The notes under the pieces: model-generated | The model's input: only the letters and a program-made list of their open reading frames with translations | What the model was told of the DNA's origin: nothing | Databases searched by the model: none | Part shown: piece by piece, positions 1 to 9,435 of the stretch | How positions within the stretch are numbered: position 1 is the stretch's first letter | Layout of the letters: the number at the start of each line of letters is the position of its first letter | Program-made: the position numbers and the translations under genes | Source: Thermoplasmatota archaeon | GTDB taxonomy: Archaea > Thermoplasmatota > Thermoplasmata > UBA10834 | DNA length: 64,000 nucleotides | NCBI GenBank assembly: GCA_040751795.1 | Contig: JBFMHR010000003.1 | Span: 264,421-328,420, forward strand | Direction of reading: 5' to 3'

Positions 1-20
1 TTGAACGGGTCAACCCCGCC

Positions 21-2858
21 ATGGAGAGGTGGTATCCAGGCTCCGCGCCCCTGGTTGGCAAGAGGTGCTACGAGGCCTACCGCTCCCGGTCCTCCCCGTG
101 TCCAGTCTGTCCGGTGGTCAACACCTTCAAGTCCGGGAGGCCGTGCTCGCAGCGCCTCGCGAAGATGGGCCCGGACGGCGAGGACGCGGGATGGCTCGAG
201 GTCCACAGCTTCCCGGTCATCGATGGCCGGACCGGGGAGGTCGAGCAGGTCATCGAGTACCTGAGGGACGTGACCGAGCAGGAGGCCGCCAAGGACTCCT
301 CCCAGATGAGCGAGCTCAGGTACAGGGCCCTCACCGACATCGCCAGCGACGGCGTCCTGGCCGTGGACCGGGCGGGGAAGATCGTCTTCTCGAGCCCCCG
401 AGTGACGGAGATCCTCGGGTATCTGCCGGAGGAGGTCGTGGGCGCCCCCTTCCAGTCGCTGGTCGACAGGGAGTGGCTGAGCGGGCCCGGGTCCGGGGCG
501 CTCCACAAGGCGCTGGAGGGGCGCGAGCGAATCGAGATGAGGTTTGCGCGGAAGGACGGGACGCGGGCGGACGTGGTGGTGTCGTCGTCCCCGGTGTCCT
601 CGGACCGCGGCGTCTTCGACGGCGCGATCGTCGCCATCGCCGACGTCGGCGGGCTGAGGGCGGCCGCCCGCGGGATCACGTTCTCGGAGGACAGTTACAC
701 CAGGGTGTTCCAGACGTCACCGCAGATGATCATGATCGCGCGCGTCTCGGACTCGGCGATACTGGAGGCGAACGACTCCTTCGCCAAGGCCACGGGGTAC
801 GCTCACGGACAGATGGTAGGCAGGAGCTTCAAGGAGCTCGGCATCGTGTCCGAGGACCTGGCCGCGCGCATCGAGCGCGCGCTCGTCGAGACGGGGCTGA
901 TCTTCGACATGGAGGCGGTCATGCACGCCGCCTCCGGAAAGGATATCCCGGTGAGGCTGTCCGCCTACAGGCTCCGTCTCGAGGGGGAGGAGTGCAGCGT
1001 CTTCCTATCCTGCGACATCTCGCTCGTCGAGAAGGGGTCCCACGAGATGGAGCACGAGAGGGATGTGCTGAAGGCCGTCCTGGAGTCGGCCCCCGACGGC
1101 ATCCTGATAGCGTCCCTCGACGGCACGATCGTCGAGTGCAACGCCGCATTCCGCTCGCTGCTCGGGGGCATCCCAAAGGAACATCTCGTCGGCAGGAGCG
1201 CCTACGCCCTGCTGGGCGAGAGCGAGGCCGCACTCGCCAAGAGGATCGAGGAGAAGCTGGTGCACGAGGGCATGGTGAGGGGGGTCGGCTTCACGTTCAA
1301 CCGCAGCGACGGGATATCCGTGGACGCGGAGGTGTCCGCGGCGCTGGTCCGGGGCGCCAGGGGGAAGCCGTTGTACTACGTGGCCGCCGTGCGCGACATG
1401 ACCGACGAGAAGAGGTACCGTGTCTCCCTCGAGAAGGCGCTCAGCGAGCGCAGGCAGATGGAGGCCATCATCGAGAGCAGCCAGGCCGTCGCCATAAGGT
1501 GGCTCGAGGAGCCGGGGTGGCCCGTGGACTACGTCTCGGAGAACGTCAGGAAGTTCGGCTACGAGGCGGCCGAGCTCACCTCCGGCGCCGTCGAGTTCCC
1601 GTCCATAATCCACCCGGACGACAGGGACCGTGTGGTCGCCGAGGCGGGGAGGTTCCTGGAGCAAGGGTCGGATGAGTTCGAGCAGGAGTACAGGATAGTC
1701 TCCCCCGAAGGGAAGGTCGCATGGATATACGACAGGACGACCGTCCTGAGGCGACCGGACGGCAGCGTGGAGGCGTGCCAGGGCGTCCTCGTCGACGTCA
1801 CGGAGATGAGGGATGCCCTGGACAGGCTGTCGCGGACGGAGAGCCAGCTGGCCCTCTTCATGGACTATTCCCCCGTCATGAAGTTCATGAAGGACCGCTC
1901 GGGCAGGTACGTCTACGTGAACAGGAAGCTCTGCGAGGCGGTCGGCATATCCCCTGAGGAATGGCTGGGGAAGACCGACCTGGAGATATTCACCCCCGAG
2001 ACGGCGAAGGGCCTGGCAGACGGCGACAGGACGGTGTTCGAGACGCGCCAGTTCGGGCTGTTCAACGAGGTCATCCCGATGAAGGGCAGGCCGCGCGAGT
2101 TCCTCACCTACAAGTTCCTGGTCCCGAACACGGCCGGAGGGGACGACCTGCTGGCGGGTGTGTCGGTCGACCTGACCGAGGAGAGGAGCAGCGAGAGGGC
2201 CCTGAGGGCGGCGAACGACAAGCTCGAGCTCCTCGGCAGCATGACGCGCCACGACATCGCGAACCAGCTGGCCGTGCTCACCGCCAGGGTGGAGATAGCA
2301 CGCATGGGGGAGACAGACCCGGTGAGGCTCGCATCGTTCAACGAGATGCTCGCATCGTCCAACGCCATACAGGGCCTCCTCAACTTCGCATCCGAGTACC
2401 AGGAGATCGGGTCGAGGGAGCCGGCCTGGATCCCCGTGAGGCTGGCCTTCGCCGCCGGGGTGATAGGGCTCCCCATGCAGGGGGTGCGGGCGGACGTCGA
2501 CGTGGGCGGCCTCGAGGTGTTCGCCGACCCGATGTTCGAGAGGGTCTTCAGGAACCTCGTGGACAACTCCCTGAGGCACGGGGAGAAGGTCTCGAGGGTG
2601 AGGCTGAGCGCTCGCCCCGACGGGAAGGACGTGGTCCTGGTGTACGAGGACGACGGGGTGGGCCTCTCGGCCGAGGCGAAGGCGCGCGTCTTCGAGAAGG
2701 GCTTCGGGAGGCACACGGGGCTCGGCATGTTCATGGTGCGCGGGGTCCTCGCGCTCACCGGGATGGAGATACGCGAGACGGGCGAGGAGGGTTCCGGGGC
2801 GAGGTTCGAGATACGGGTCCCCGAAGGCCGCTTCAGGGACCATGCCGGGAAGGGTTAA
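21..2858 (+). CDS. Multi-PAS domain sensor histidine kinase (possibly 5'-truncated by the window edge)
   Basis: 945-aa ORF with several PAS-like repeats. A HisKA-like H-box (MTRHDIANQLAVL) is followed by a C-terminal HATPase_c signature (DDGVGL...GLGMFMVRG). Codon usage matches neighbouring genes. Confidence 0.8.
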   Translation: MERWYPGSAPLVGKRCYEAYRSRSSPCPVCPVVNTFKSGRPCSQRLAKMGPDGEDAGWLEVHSFPVIDGRTGEVEQVIEYLRDVTEQEAAKDSSQMSELRYRALTDIASDGVLAVDRAGKIVFSSPRVTEILGYLPEEVVGAPFQSLVDREWLSGPGSGALHKALEGRERIEMRFARKDGTRADVVVSSSPVSSDRGVFDGAIVAIADVGGLRAAARGITFSEDSYTRVFQTSPQMIMIARVSDSAILEANDSFAKATGYAHGQMVGRSFKELGIVSEDLAARIERALVETGLIFDMEAVMHAASGKDIPVRLSAYRLRLEGEECSVFLSCDISLVEKGSHEMEHERDVLKAVLESAPDGILIASLDGTIVECNAAFRSLLGGIPKEHLVGRSAYALLGESEAALAKRIEEKLVHEGMVRGVGFTFNRSDGISVDAEVSAALVRGARGKPLYYVAAVRDMTDEKRYRVSLEKALSERRQMEAIIESSQAVAIRWLEEPGWPVDYVSENVRKFGYEAAELTSGAVEFPSIIHPDDRDRVVAEAGRFLEQGSDEFEQEYRIVSPEGKVAWIYDRTTVLRRPDGSVEACQGVLVDVTEMRDALDRLSRTESQLALFMDYSPVMKFMKDRSGRYVYVNRKLCEAVGISPEEWLGKTDLEIFTPETAKGLADGDRTVFETRQFGLFNEVIPMKGRPREFLTYKFLVPNTAGGDDLLAGVSVDLTEERSSERALRAANDKLELLGSMTRHDIANQLAVLTARVEIARMGETDPVRLASFNEMLASSNAIQGLLNFASEYQEIGSREPAWIPVRLAFAAGVIGLPMQGVRADVDVGGLEVFADPMFERVFRNLVDNSLRHGEKVSRVRLSARPDGKDVVLVYEDDGVGLSAEAKARVFEKGFGRHTGLGMFMVRGVLALTGMEIRETGEEGSGARFEIRVPEGRFRDHAGKG

Positions 2859-3564
2859 GATGCCCGAAACCCCTGGCGACGGGGGGACCATGGCAGGGGA
2901 GAGACACGCCGGAGGACGGCCGGGGCGCCGACTGAGGGTGCCCCGGAGGGTTATCGAGGCGGAGGCGTCGTGGGTCTCGTTCACCGTCCTCTTCTTCTGC
3001 ACCGTCTACGTGGTGCTCAAGGTCGACCTGATGTGGTCGGTCTTCGGCATCGCCGCGATGTCCCTCTACGCCCTCCCGATCGTCTCCACCCGGGACCCGT
3101 TCCAGGCCCTGCCGTGGGAGATGACCCTGCTCCTCTCCTCCCCGATAGTGCTGCACATCCTCGAGAGCTCCCGCACCCTCAGCGAGAGCTTCGCATGGTG
3201 GGACGACTTCACCTCCCTCTCGTTCGCGTTCTCGTTCGCGACGATAGGGTTCCTGCTGACGCTCGAGCTCCACATGTACACGGAGGTCAGGATGAACAGG
3301 GCCTTCTCCGTGTTCTTCGTCGTCGTGTTCACCATGGCCGTGTCGGGGTTCTGGCAGATCGGCGAGTACCTCAGCGACGTCCTGTTCGACACTGACAACA
3401 TCGCCTCCGGTGCCCAGGTCATGGAGGAGTTCCTCTGGGTCACGGCCGGGGGCCTCGCCATGGGCCTCGCGTACGGCGCGTACATGAAGGCCATGCCCCT
3501 GTCCAGGCGGCAGGTCCTGGGCCTCGTACATTTCTGGGAGGTGCCCGCGTGGAGGAGAAGCTGA
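2842..3564 (+). CDS. Polytopic membrane protein, paralog A of a tandem pair; start codon uncertain
   Basis: Hydrophobic helices throughout. Shares motifs with the downstream gene: FTMAVSGFWQIGEY versus FTMAMGVSWELMEY, and GLAYGAYMKA versus VASYGAYYLEH. Confidence 0.5.
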   Translation: MPGRVKMPETPGDGGTMAGERHAGGRPGRRLRVPRRVIEAEASWVSFTVLFFCTVYVVLKVDLMWSVFGIAAMSLYALPIVSTRDPFQALPWEMTLLLSSPIVLHILESSRTLSESFAWWDDFTSLSFAFSFATIGFLLTLELHMYTEVRMNRAFSVFFVVVFTMAVSGFWQIGEYLSDVLFDTDNIASGAQVMEEFLWVTAGGLAMGLAYGAYMKAMPLSRRQVLGLVHFWEVPAWRRS

Positions 3565-4250
3565 GGCTGATGTCCCGCGGGATGCAGGCGGGGATGTTGG
3601 GCGTCGTCGTGGGCGGCCTCGTGACGGACAACCTCACCTGGATCCCGGCTGCGGTCGCCTCCCTGGCCATCTCCGAGGTTCCGTCCCTTCTGAGGCGCGA
3701 CCTGAGCATCGTGCTCCCGGTCGAGCTCAACCTGTGGATCGTCCTCGCCCTCTTCCTCCACGTGGTGGGCGGCGTCTCGGGCTTCTACGACTCCCTTCCG
3801 GGGTGGGACCATCTCACCCATGCGATGTCCTCCTCCCTGGTCGCCGCACTGGCCTTCGTCGCAGTCGTCGCCCTGGACAAGTACGTGGAGTCGATATACC
3901 TGCCGTCCGGGTTCCTCGCGCTCTTCATACTCATCTTCACGATGGCCATGGGCGTGTCCTGGGAGCTCATGGAGTACTCCTTCGACTCGGTCGCCGGCAC
4001 CTACATGCAGTACTCCCTCTCGGACACGATGCTCGACCTCCTCTTCGACTGCTTCGCCGGCTTCGTGGTCGCATCCTACGGCGCATACTACCTCGAGCAC
4101 ACGAAGAGGGACCACTTCGTGGAGTCGCTCCAGCTGGACGCGGCGAGGGACAGGATCGCAGCGGCGATAAGGGCCTCCAGGGCCGGGGTCAGCGGCGCCC
4201 CGCCCCTCGGAGGGCTTCCTCCGCCCTCCGGAGGTCCTCCTTCGAGTTGA
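3549..4250 (+). CDS. Polytopic membrane protein, paralog B
   Basis: 233-aa hydrophobic ORF homologous to the upstream ORF. It overlaps that ORF by 16 nt in another frame. Its C-terminal tail converges on mobA. Confidence 0.55.
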   Translation: MEEKLRLMSRGMQAGMLGVVVGGLVTDNLTWIPAAVASLAISEVPSLLRRDLSIVLPVELNLWIVLALFLHVVGGVSGFYDSLPGWDHLTHAMSSSLVAALAFVAVVALDKYVESIYLPSGFLALFILIFTMAMGVSWELMEYSFDSVAGTYMQYSLSDTMLDLLFDCFAGFVVASYGAYYLEHTKRDHFVESLQLDAARDRIAAAIRASRAGVSGAPPLGGLPPPSGGPPSS

Positions 4251-4803
4251 CGTTCCAGAAGCTGAGGAGCTGCCCGTCCACGGCCCGGAGCTCGTCCTCT
4301 CCGACCCTCAGCAGGTCCATTCTCGCCAGGGCGTCCGCGACCTTCCCCCTCCCCGACGCGAGCTCCTCGGCGAAGGCCGCGAGCCCGGCCCCCCTCATGT
4401 AGACCGCCACCAGCGGCTCGAGGTACCCCCGGACCACCGGGACCGCCCCGTCCCTCCCGGCGGCCCGGCGGGCGAGGAGGGCCACGATGTCAGGCCTCAG
4501 GAACGGGACATCGCACGGGGCGACCGCCACGGAGCCGTGCCTCGCCTCCCTGAACGCGTTGCGCAGCCCCTCCAGCGGTCCCCTCCCGGCGGCGCGGTCC
4601 TCGACGACCGCGACCCCATGGCCGAGGACGCGCCGGTACTCGGGCCCGCGGCCCGGCCCGACGGCGACAGTGATGTCGTCCGCCACCTGGGAGAGTGCGT
4701 CCAGCACGCTCAGGACCATGGGGCGGCCGCAGAGCTCGACCAGCCCCTTCTCCCCCCCCATGCGGCTCCCGGCCCCGCCGGCCAGGACCACTCCCGAGAG
4801 CAT
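4189..4803 (-). CDS. mobA: Molybdenum cofactor guanylyltransferase MobA
   Basis: N-terminal LAGGAGSRMG nucleotide-binding motif. Length of 204 aa is typical of MobA. Confidence 0.8.
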   Translation of the reverse strand: MLSGVVLAGGAGSRMGGEKGLVELCGRPMVLSVLDALSQVADDITVAVGPGRGPEYRRVLGHGVAVVEDRAAGRGPLEGLRNAFREARHGSVAVAPCDVPFLRPDIVALLARRAAGRDGAVPVVRGYLEPLVAVYMRGAGLAAFAEELASGRGKVADALARMDLLRVGEDELRAVDGQLLSFWNVNSKEDLRRAEEALRGAGRR

Positions 4804-4922
4804 GCCGACAGGTATCCGGGTGGCTCGTAATCAACCTATCCGGCGGAGCGCACGCCGATGGAGCCAGCAGGCGGAAGGTATTACTACCTCCGACCTGTTC
4901 CGCAGGTTTGAGGAGCGGGTCC

Positions 4923-5969
4923 ATGGCCAAGGTGACGATGGCCCAAGGGGCGGGCGGCGAACGGATGCAGGAGTTCATCCGCGAGTTCGTGCTGAAGGAG
5001 CTCGAGCACGACTTCGGCGAGATCCCCCTGGGCGCCCTCGACGACGCGGCGGTCGTGGACGGCATCGTGTTCACCACGGACACCTACACCGTCAAGCCGC
5101 TCTTCTTCCCGGGAGGGGACATAGGCCGCCTCGCGGTCGCGGGCACCGTCAACGACCTGTCCGTGATGGGCGCGGCCCCGGTGGCCCTCTCCTGCGCGAT
5201 GGTCATCCAGGAGGGTTTCCCGACCGACGACCTCCACACGATCATGAAGAGCCTCAGCTCGACCGCCAGGTCAGCCGGGGTGAGGATCGTCACGGGCGAC
5301 ACGAAGGTCGTCGAGAAGGGGGCCGTCGACGGCCTGTTCATAAACACGAGCGGCATCGGGAGGCGCTCCCCGCACCTGGACCGCAACATCGCGGAGGTCA
5401 GGAGGTCGAGGGGCTTCAGGTGGGAGTGGCCCAACGACTCCGGCGTCGCCGACGGCGACATCATCATCGCGTCAGGGCCGATCGGGAACCACGGCGTGGC
5501 GCTCCTCTCCTTCAGGGAGGGCTACGGGTTCGACACCGTCGTCAAGAGCGACGCGGCCCCGCTGAACCACCTCGTCGCGGAGGCGCTGAAGGTGGGGGGA
5601 GTCACCTCCATGAAGGACCCGACCAGGGGCGGCCTCGCGAACCTGCTCAACGAGTGGTCGGAGAAGTCCTCCGTAGGGATCAGGGTCAGGGAGGAGGACA
5701 TCCCGATGGACGGCCCCGTCCTCGCCGCCTGCGAGATGCTGGGGATAGACCCCCTCGAGGTCGGCAACGAGGGCAAGGTAGTCTTGGCCGTGGTCCCGGA
5801 GAAGGCGGAGGCGGTCCTCGAGGCGATCAGGGCCGTCCCTGAGGGGTCGAGGGCCGCGATCATAGGCGAGGCGAGGAAGGACATCCGCGGCGTGATGATG
5901 GAGACGCACACTGGCGGGAAGAGGGTGCTGGAGCCGCCGGTGGGCGACCCGGTCCCGAGGATCTGCTAG
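4923..5969 (+). CDS. hypE: Hydrogenase maturation factor HypE (carbamoyl dehydratase)
   Basis: AIR-synthase-like fold with N-terminal AQGAGGERMQEF and the diagnostic C-terminal ...PRIC. Start chosen at ATG 4923 within the longer listed ORF. Confidence 0.85.
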   Translation: MAKVTMAQGAGGERMQEFIREFVLKELEHDFGEIPLGALDDAAVVDGIVFTTDTYTVKPLFFPGGDIGRLAVAGTVNDLSVMGAAPVALSCAMVIQEGFPTDDLHTIMKSLSSTARSAGVRIVTGDTKVVEKGAVDGLFINTSGIGRRSPHLDRNIAEVRRSRGFRWEWPNDSGVADGDIIIASGPIGNHGVALLSFREGYGFDTVVKSDAAPLNHLVAEALKVGGVTSMKDPTRGGLANLLNEWSEKSSVGIRVREEDIPMDGPVLAACEMLGIDPLEVGNEGKVVLAVVPEKAEAVLEAIRAVPEGSRAAIIGEARKDIRGVMMETHTGGKRVLEPPVGDPVPRIC

Positions 5970-6481
5970 GCACTGCGCCTGACGAACTCGCGTTCTATCA
6001 TGTCCACTATGGCCGGGAGGCTGGCCGCCACCCTCGGGGTGAGCCCCTCGCGGAAGTTGTCGACGTCCTCGGCCTCTATGGCCACGAAGAACACCTCCTT
6101 CGGCATCCTGTCGGGCACGACCTGCCTCCCCATGGCCAGGGCCGTGGGGATGTTGAAGCCGTGGGGCGAGGTCCCGTGGACGGTCCTCCGGAAGTCCTCC
6201 TCCGTGAGTATGTAGTGGTCCCCCGGGGTGCCCCCCCTCGTCTGTATCGCGTCGATTATGACCACCCTGTCGTGGTCGAGGACCATGTCGAGGAGCTCGA
6301 GCCCGCTCGCCGGGAGCTCCTCTATCGACACGCCCTCCAAGCCCCGCTCCATGAGCATCCTGGCGGCGTATATCCCGACGCCGTCGTCAGAGAGCACGGG
6401 GTTCCCGACTCCCACGATGAGGGTCTTCACGGGCAAGGGTAGCACCTCATGCGTATTCATCCTGTCGGGGTGGAAAATCAT
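5966..6481 (-). CDS. [NiFe] hydrogenase maturation endopeptidase (HycI/FrhD/HoxW family)
   Basis: LIVGVGNPVLSDDGVGIYAARML motif. Lies immediately downstream of mvhA on the same strand. Confidence 0.8.
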   Translation of the reverse strand: MIFHPDRMNTHEVLPLPVKTLIVGVGNPVLSDDGVGIYAARMLMERGLEGVSIEELPASGLELLDMVLDHDRVVIIDAIQTRGGTPGDHYILTEEDFRRTVHGTSPHGFNIPTALAMGRQVVPDRMPKEVFFVAIEAEDVDNFREGLTPRVAASLPAIVDMIEREFVRRSA

Positions 6482-6515
6482 GGATGCGAGGGGCTCCCGC
6501 CCCTCGAGAGGTTTC

Positions 6516-8030
6516 TCAGAAGTTCCTGAGCTTCTCCGCGACCGAGCCGTCCGCCTTCCTGACGGTCACCTCTAGCGCCGGCCCGCCGTTCAGCGAGTGC
6601 GTGCCGCAGGAGTTGCAGGGGTCGTAGCACCTGAAGGCCATCTCGACCTTGTTGAGCAGCCCCTGCGAGACCATCCCGTTGTGGATGAGCGCCTTGGCCG
6701 CCTGCTTCACGCTCGTGTTCATGGCCGCGTAGTTGTTGGTCGTCGCGACGATCATGTTGATCTTGGTGCACAGGCCGTCCTTGTCGGAGGCGTAGTGGTG
6801 TATCAGCGTGCCCCTCGGGGCCTCGCATATGCCCACGCCCTCCTTGGGCGGGTTCCACGGCCCCCTGGTGTCGTCGCTGGTGATGCTCTTGTCCCTCGCG
6901 AGCTCGAGCATGCGCTCGGTGGCGTACTGGAGCTCTATCACGCGCGCCCAGTGGTACGCCAGGGTGTGGTGCACCGGCCCGGTGACGCCCAGGTCCCTCA
7001 TGGTCTTCTTGAACGCCTCGTACTCGGCCTGCGCCAGGGGGGTCGTGTAGCCCTCGCAGACGTTGATCCTGCCGAGCGGTCCGACCCTGTATATGCCGCT
7101 GGAGGGGCCGGTGGTGAAGCCGTTCCAGCCCACGTTCTTGAGGTAGGGCATCTTCATGTAGGTCCAAGGCTCGACGTGCTCCGCTATGACGTCCAGGTAC
7201 TCGCTGGGCTTGAACTTCACGACCTGCTTGCCCTTCTGGTCGACCACCCTTATGTCGCCGTCGTAGAACTGGCTCTTGTTGTTCTTGTCGACCATGCCCA
7301 TGTAGTAGGTCTCGAGGTAGTATGCGTCCTGGTTGAGCACCAGGCCGAGGTAGTCCTTGTTCGCGAGCACGACGTCGTGGAAGAGCTTGATGGTGAACTT
7401 GCCGAACTCGACGCAGCTCTTGGCCATCTCCTCCATCTGCGCGCGCTCCTCCTCGGAGATCTGCTTCGAGACGCCCCCGGGGAGGCCGAACACGGGGTGC
7501 GTCGCCCTGCCCCCGATGATCTCCTGGATCTTCTGGCCGTAGGAGCGGTGCTTGATGACCTCGGCGCCGATCGGGACGCCCACGGCGTCGACGACCCCGA
7601 GGACGTTCCTCTTGTTCGACGGGGCCGACGGCCCGAGGACGAAGTCCGCGGCCGCGAGGGCGTAGAAGTGGGCTATGTGGCTGTGCGTGTACTGCCCCAT
7701 GTAGAAGAGCTCCCTGAGCTTCTTCGCCGTGGCGGTCGGCTCTGCGCTGAACACGGCGTCCAGGGCCTTGGTGGACGCTATGTGGTGGGCCGCCGGGCAC
7801 ACGCCGCAGAGCCTGTTCGTCAGGACGGGCAGCTCCTGCACGTGCCTGCCTATGCAGAACCTCTCGAAGCCCCTGAGCTCCGGGATCTGCATGTAGGCGT
7901 TGGAGACCTCCCCCTTGTCGTCAAGGAATATCTCTATCTTGCCGTGCCCCTCGAGCCGCGTCACGGGGTCGATCGTGATCTTCTTCTCCGTCGTCTTCAC
8001 CGGTGTGTCGTTGATGATCGGTCCTGCCAT
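6516..8030 (-). CDS. mvhA: F420-non-reducing [NiFe] hydrogenase large subunit MvhA
   Basis: N-terminal RLEGHG...RxCGVC Ni-binding motif. C-terminal DPCNSCGTH is followed by a protease-cleavable extension. Length 504 aa. Confidence 0.9.
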   Translation of the reverse strand: MAGPIINDTPVKTTEKKITIDPVTRLEGHGKIEIFLDDKGEVSNAYMQIPELRGFERFCIGRHVQELPVLTNRLCGVCPAAHHIASTKALDAVFSAEPTATAKKLRELFYMGQYTHSHIAHFYALAAADFVLGPSAPSNKRNVLGVVDAVGVPIGAEVIKHRSYGQKIQEIIGGRATHPVFGLPGGVSKQISEEERAQMEEMAKSCVEFGKFTIKLFHDVVLANKDYLGLVLNQDAYYLETYYMGMVDKNNKSQFYDGDIRVVDQKGKQVVKFKPSEYLDVIAEHVEPWTYMKMPYLKNVGWNGFTTGPSSGIYRVGPLGRINVCEGYTTPLAQAEYEAFKKTMRDLGVTGPVHHTLAYHWARVIELQYATERMLELARDKSITSDDTRGPWNPPKEGVGICEAPRGTLIHHYASDKDGLCTKINMIVATTNNYAAMNTSVKQAAKALIHNGMVSQGLLNKVEMAFRCYDPCNSCGTHSLNGGPALEVTVRKADGSVAEKLRNF

Positions 8031-8036
8031 CTCATC

Positions 8037-9050
8037 TCACCCCTTCCTCTTGCGCTCCTTGACGGTCCTCCTCAGAGGGGACTTCGGGAGCGTGAACGCA
8101 TAGAAGGTCCCGAGCGGGTCCTTGACCTGCATCATCATTTCCATTATCTGCTCCTCATTTAACTTTGACTCCGAATCCGTGATGTTGAGGAGGGACGAGA
8201 CGGCGCTCAGCATGCTCGCGCCCTGGTCCGTCACGGCCTTGGTCGGTCCCATGCAGCCCCTGCAGGGCATGTTCGCGTTCGGGCACATGGCGCCGCAGCC
8301 CGCCCTCGTCGCAGGGCCGATGCATATGATGCCCTGGTCGAGGAGGCACTTCTTCGGGTCCGCCTTGATCTCGTACGACTGGTAGATCTTGTCTATGCGC
8401 CTGTTCTTCTCGACCCTCTCCCTCTTGCACTCGTCGCACAGGGTCTTGTCGCTCGCTATGACCGTCCCCTTCGGGGGCAGCGGCGCCCCCTGCGTCACGT
8501 GCTTCGCGACCACGTCGACAGCCAGGGCGATCAGGTTCGTGGTCGGCGGGCAGCCCGGCATGAAGTAGTCGACGTCGACCACCTCCTCCAGGGTCTTGAC
8601 GTCGTCGTAGAACCTGGGCAGCTCGAGCTCGCCCTCGGGCACCTTCGTGTGCTCCTGGGGGTACGTGCCGGCCTTGTTGTCCGTGGACTGGGTCTTCTTG
8701 TACACGGTCTCGAAGACCTCCTCCCTGTTGGTGACGTTGCCCAGGCCGGGCGTGCCGCCGAAGCAGGCGCACGAGCCGAAGCTGATCAGCACGACCGACT
8801 TCTGCCTCAGGACCTTCGCCACGTGCTCGTTCTCGCTGTTCCTTATGGCGCCGTTGTAGAACGACACCGTGATCGACTTGTCGGGCATCTGCTCGATCTC
8901 GTGCAGCTTGCCGTCGAACCCTATCGGCCAGAACACGACGTCCGCTATCGCGTGGACGTCCAGGATCTTGGCGTCGATGTCCAGGAGCGCGACGTCGCAG
9001 CCGCCGCACCCTGCCCCCCAGTACTGCGCGATCTTGATCTTCTCAGCCAT
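8037..9050 (-). CDS. mvhG: [NiFe] hydrogenase small subunit MvhG
   Basis: Cys-rich small-subunit motifs (GCGGCDVA, GSCACFGG, GPATRAGCGAMCP). Sits upstream of the large subunit. Confidence 0.9.
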   Translation of the reverse strand: MAEKIKIAQYWGAGCGGCDVALLDIDAKILDVHAIADVVFWPIGFDGKLHEIEQMPDKSITVSFYNGAIRNSENEHVAKVLRQKSVVLISFGSCACFGGTPGLGNVTNREEVFETVYKKTQSTDNKAGTYPQEHTKVPEGELELPRFYDDVKTLEEVVDVDYFMPGCPPTTNLIALAVDVVAKHVTQGAPLPPKGTVIASDKTLCDECKRERVEKNRRIDKIYQSYEIKADPKKCLLDQGIICIGPATRAGCGAMCPNANMPCRGCMGPTKAVTDQGASMLSAVSSLLNITDSESKLNEEQIMEMMMQVKDPLGTFYAFTLPKSPLRRTVKERKRKG

Positions 9051-9051
9051 C

Positions 9052-9435
9052 TCAGTTCACCTCTCCTGCACCCGTCTTCTTCAGCAAGGCCGCGTACTGA
9101 GGCGACTGGCCCTTCATCCCCGCCTGCTCGATGAGCCTCCACTTCTTGAGGGCGATGATGTGCCTGACGATCTCCGGCTTAGGTATGCCCGTGGCGTCGT
9201 GCAGCTCGTGCACGGTCCTCAGGCCCCGCTCCATCTCCATCAGGAGCGAGTTCCTCTCCAGGTCCACCGCTGCAGCCTTCTGCACGATGAAGCTGTACCT
9301 CGCGTCGGTGATCGCCTCGCCGAAGACGTTGCCGGATGTGGTGAGCTGCCCCTTCTTCCCGAGGAGCCACCTCACCCGCTCGCCCTCGACGGTCCTCCTG
9401 GCCGCCTCTATCCTGGCCTTCCTGTCCATCCTCAT
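9052..9435 (-). CDS. Small winged-helix-like protein (domain X), free-standing homolog of the C-terminal half of the MvhD fusion at 12916..13707
   Basis: 127 aa. LERNSLLMEMERGLRTVHELHDATGIPKPEIVRHIIALKKWRLI aligns with FERSLILELSRGRARSVKELGQIMDVPTDRVLRHIVALRQKNMI of the fusion protein. ATGA overlap with mvhD upstream. Confidence 0.6.
   Translation of the reverse strand: MRMDRKARIEAARRTVEGERVRWLLGKKGQLTTSGNVFGEAITDARYSFIVQKAAAVDLERNSLLMEMERGLRTVHELHDATGIPKPEIVRHIIALKKWRLIEQAGMKGQSPQYAALLKKTGAGEVN

Noticed and set aside
1005-3002. 665-aa ORF on the minus strand antisense to the PAS histidine kinase. The same applies to similar long antisense ORFs such as 6478..7800, 6597..8162 and 9912..12737.
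   Set aside because: In a 63-65% GC genome long stop-free antisense frames are expected. These are Arg/Gly/Pro-rich and low-complexity. The sense-strand products have clear conserved motifs.
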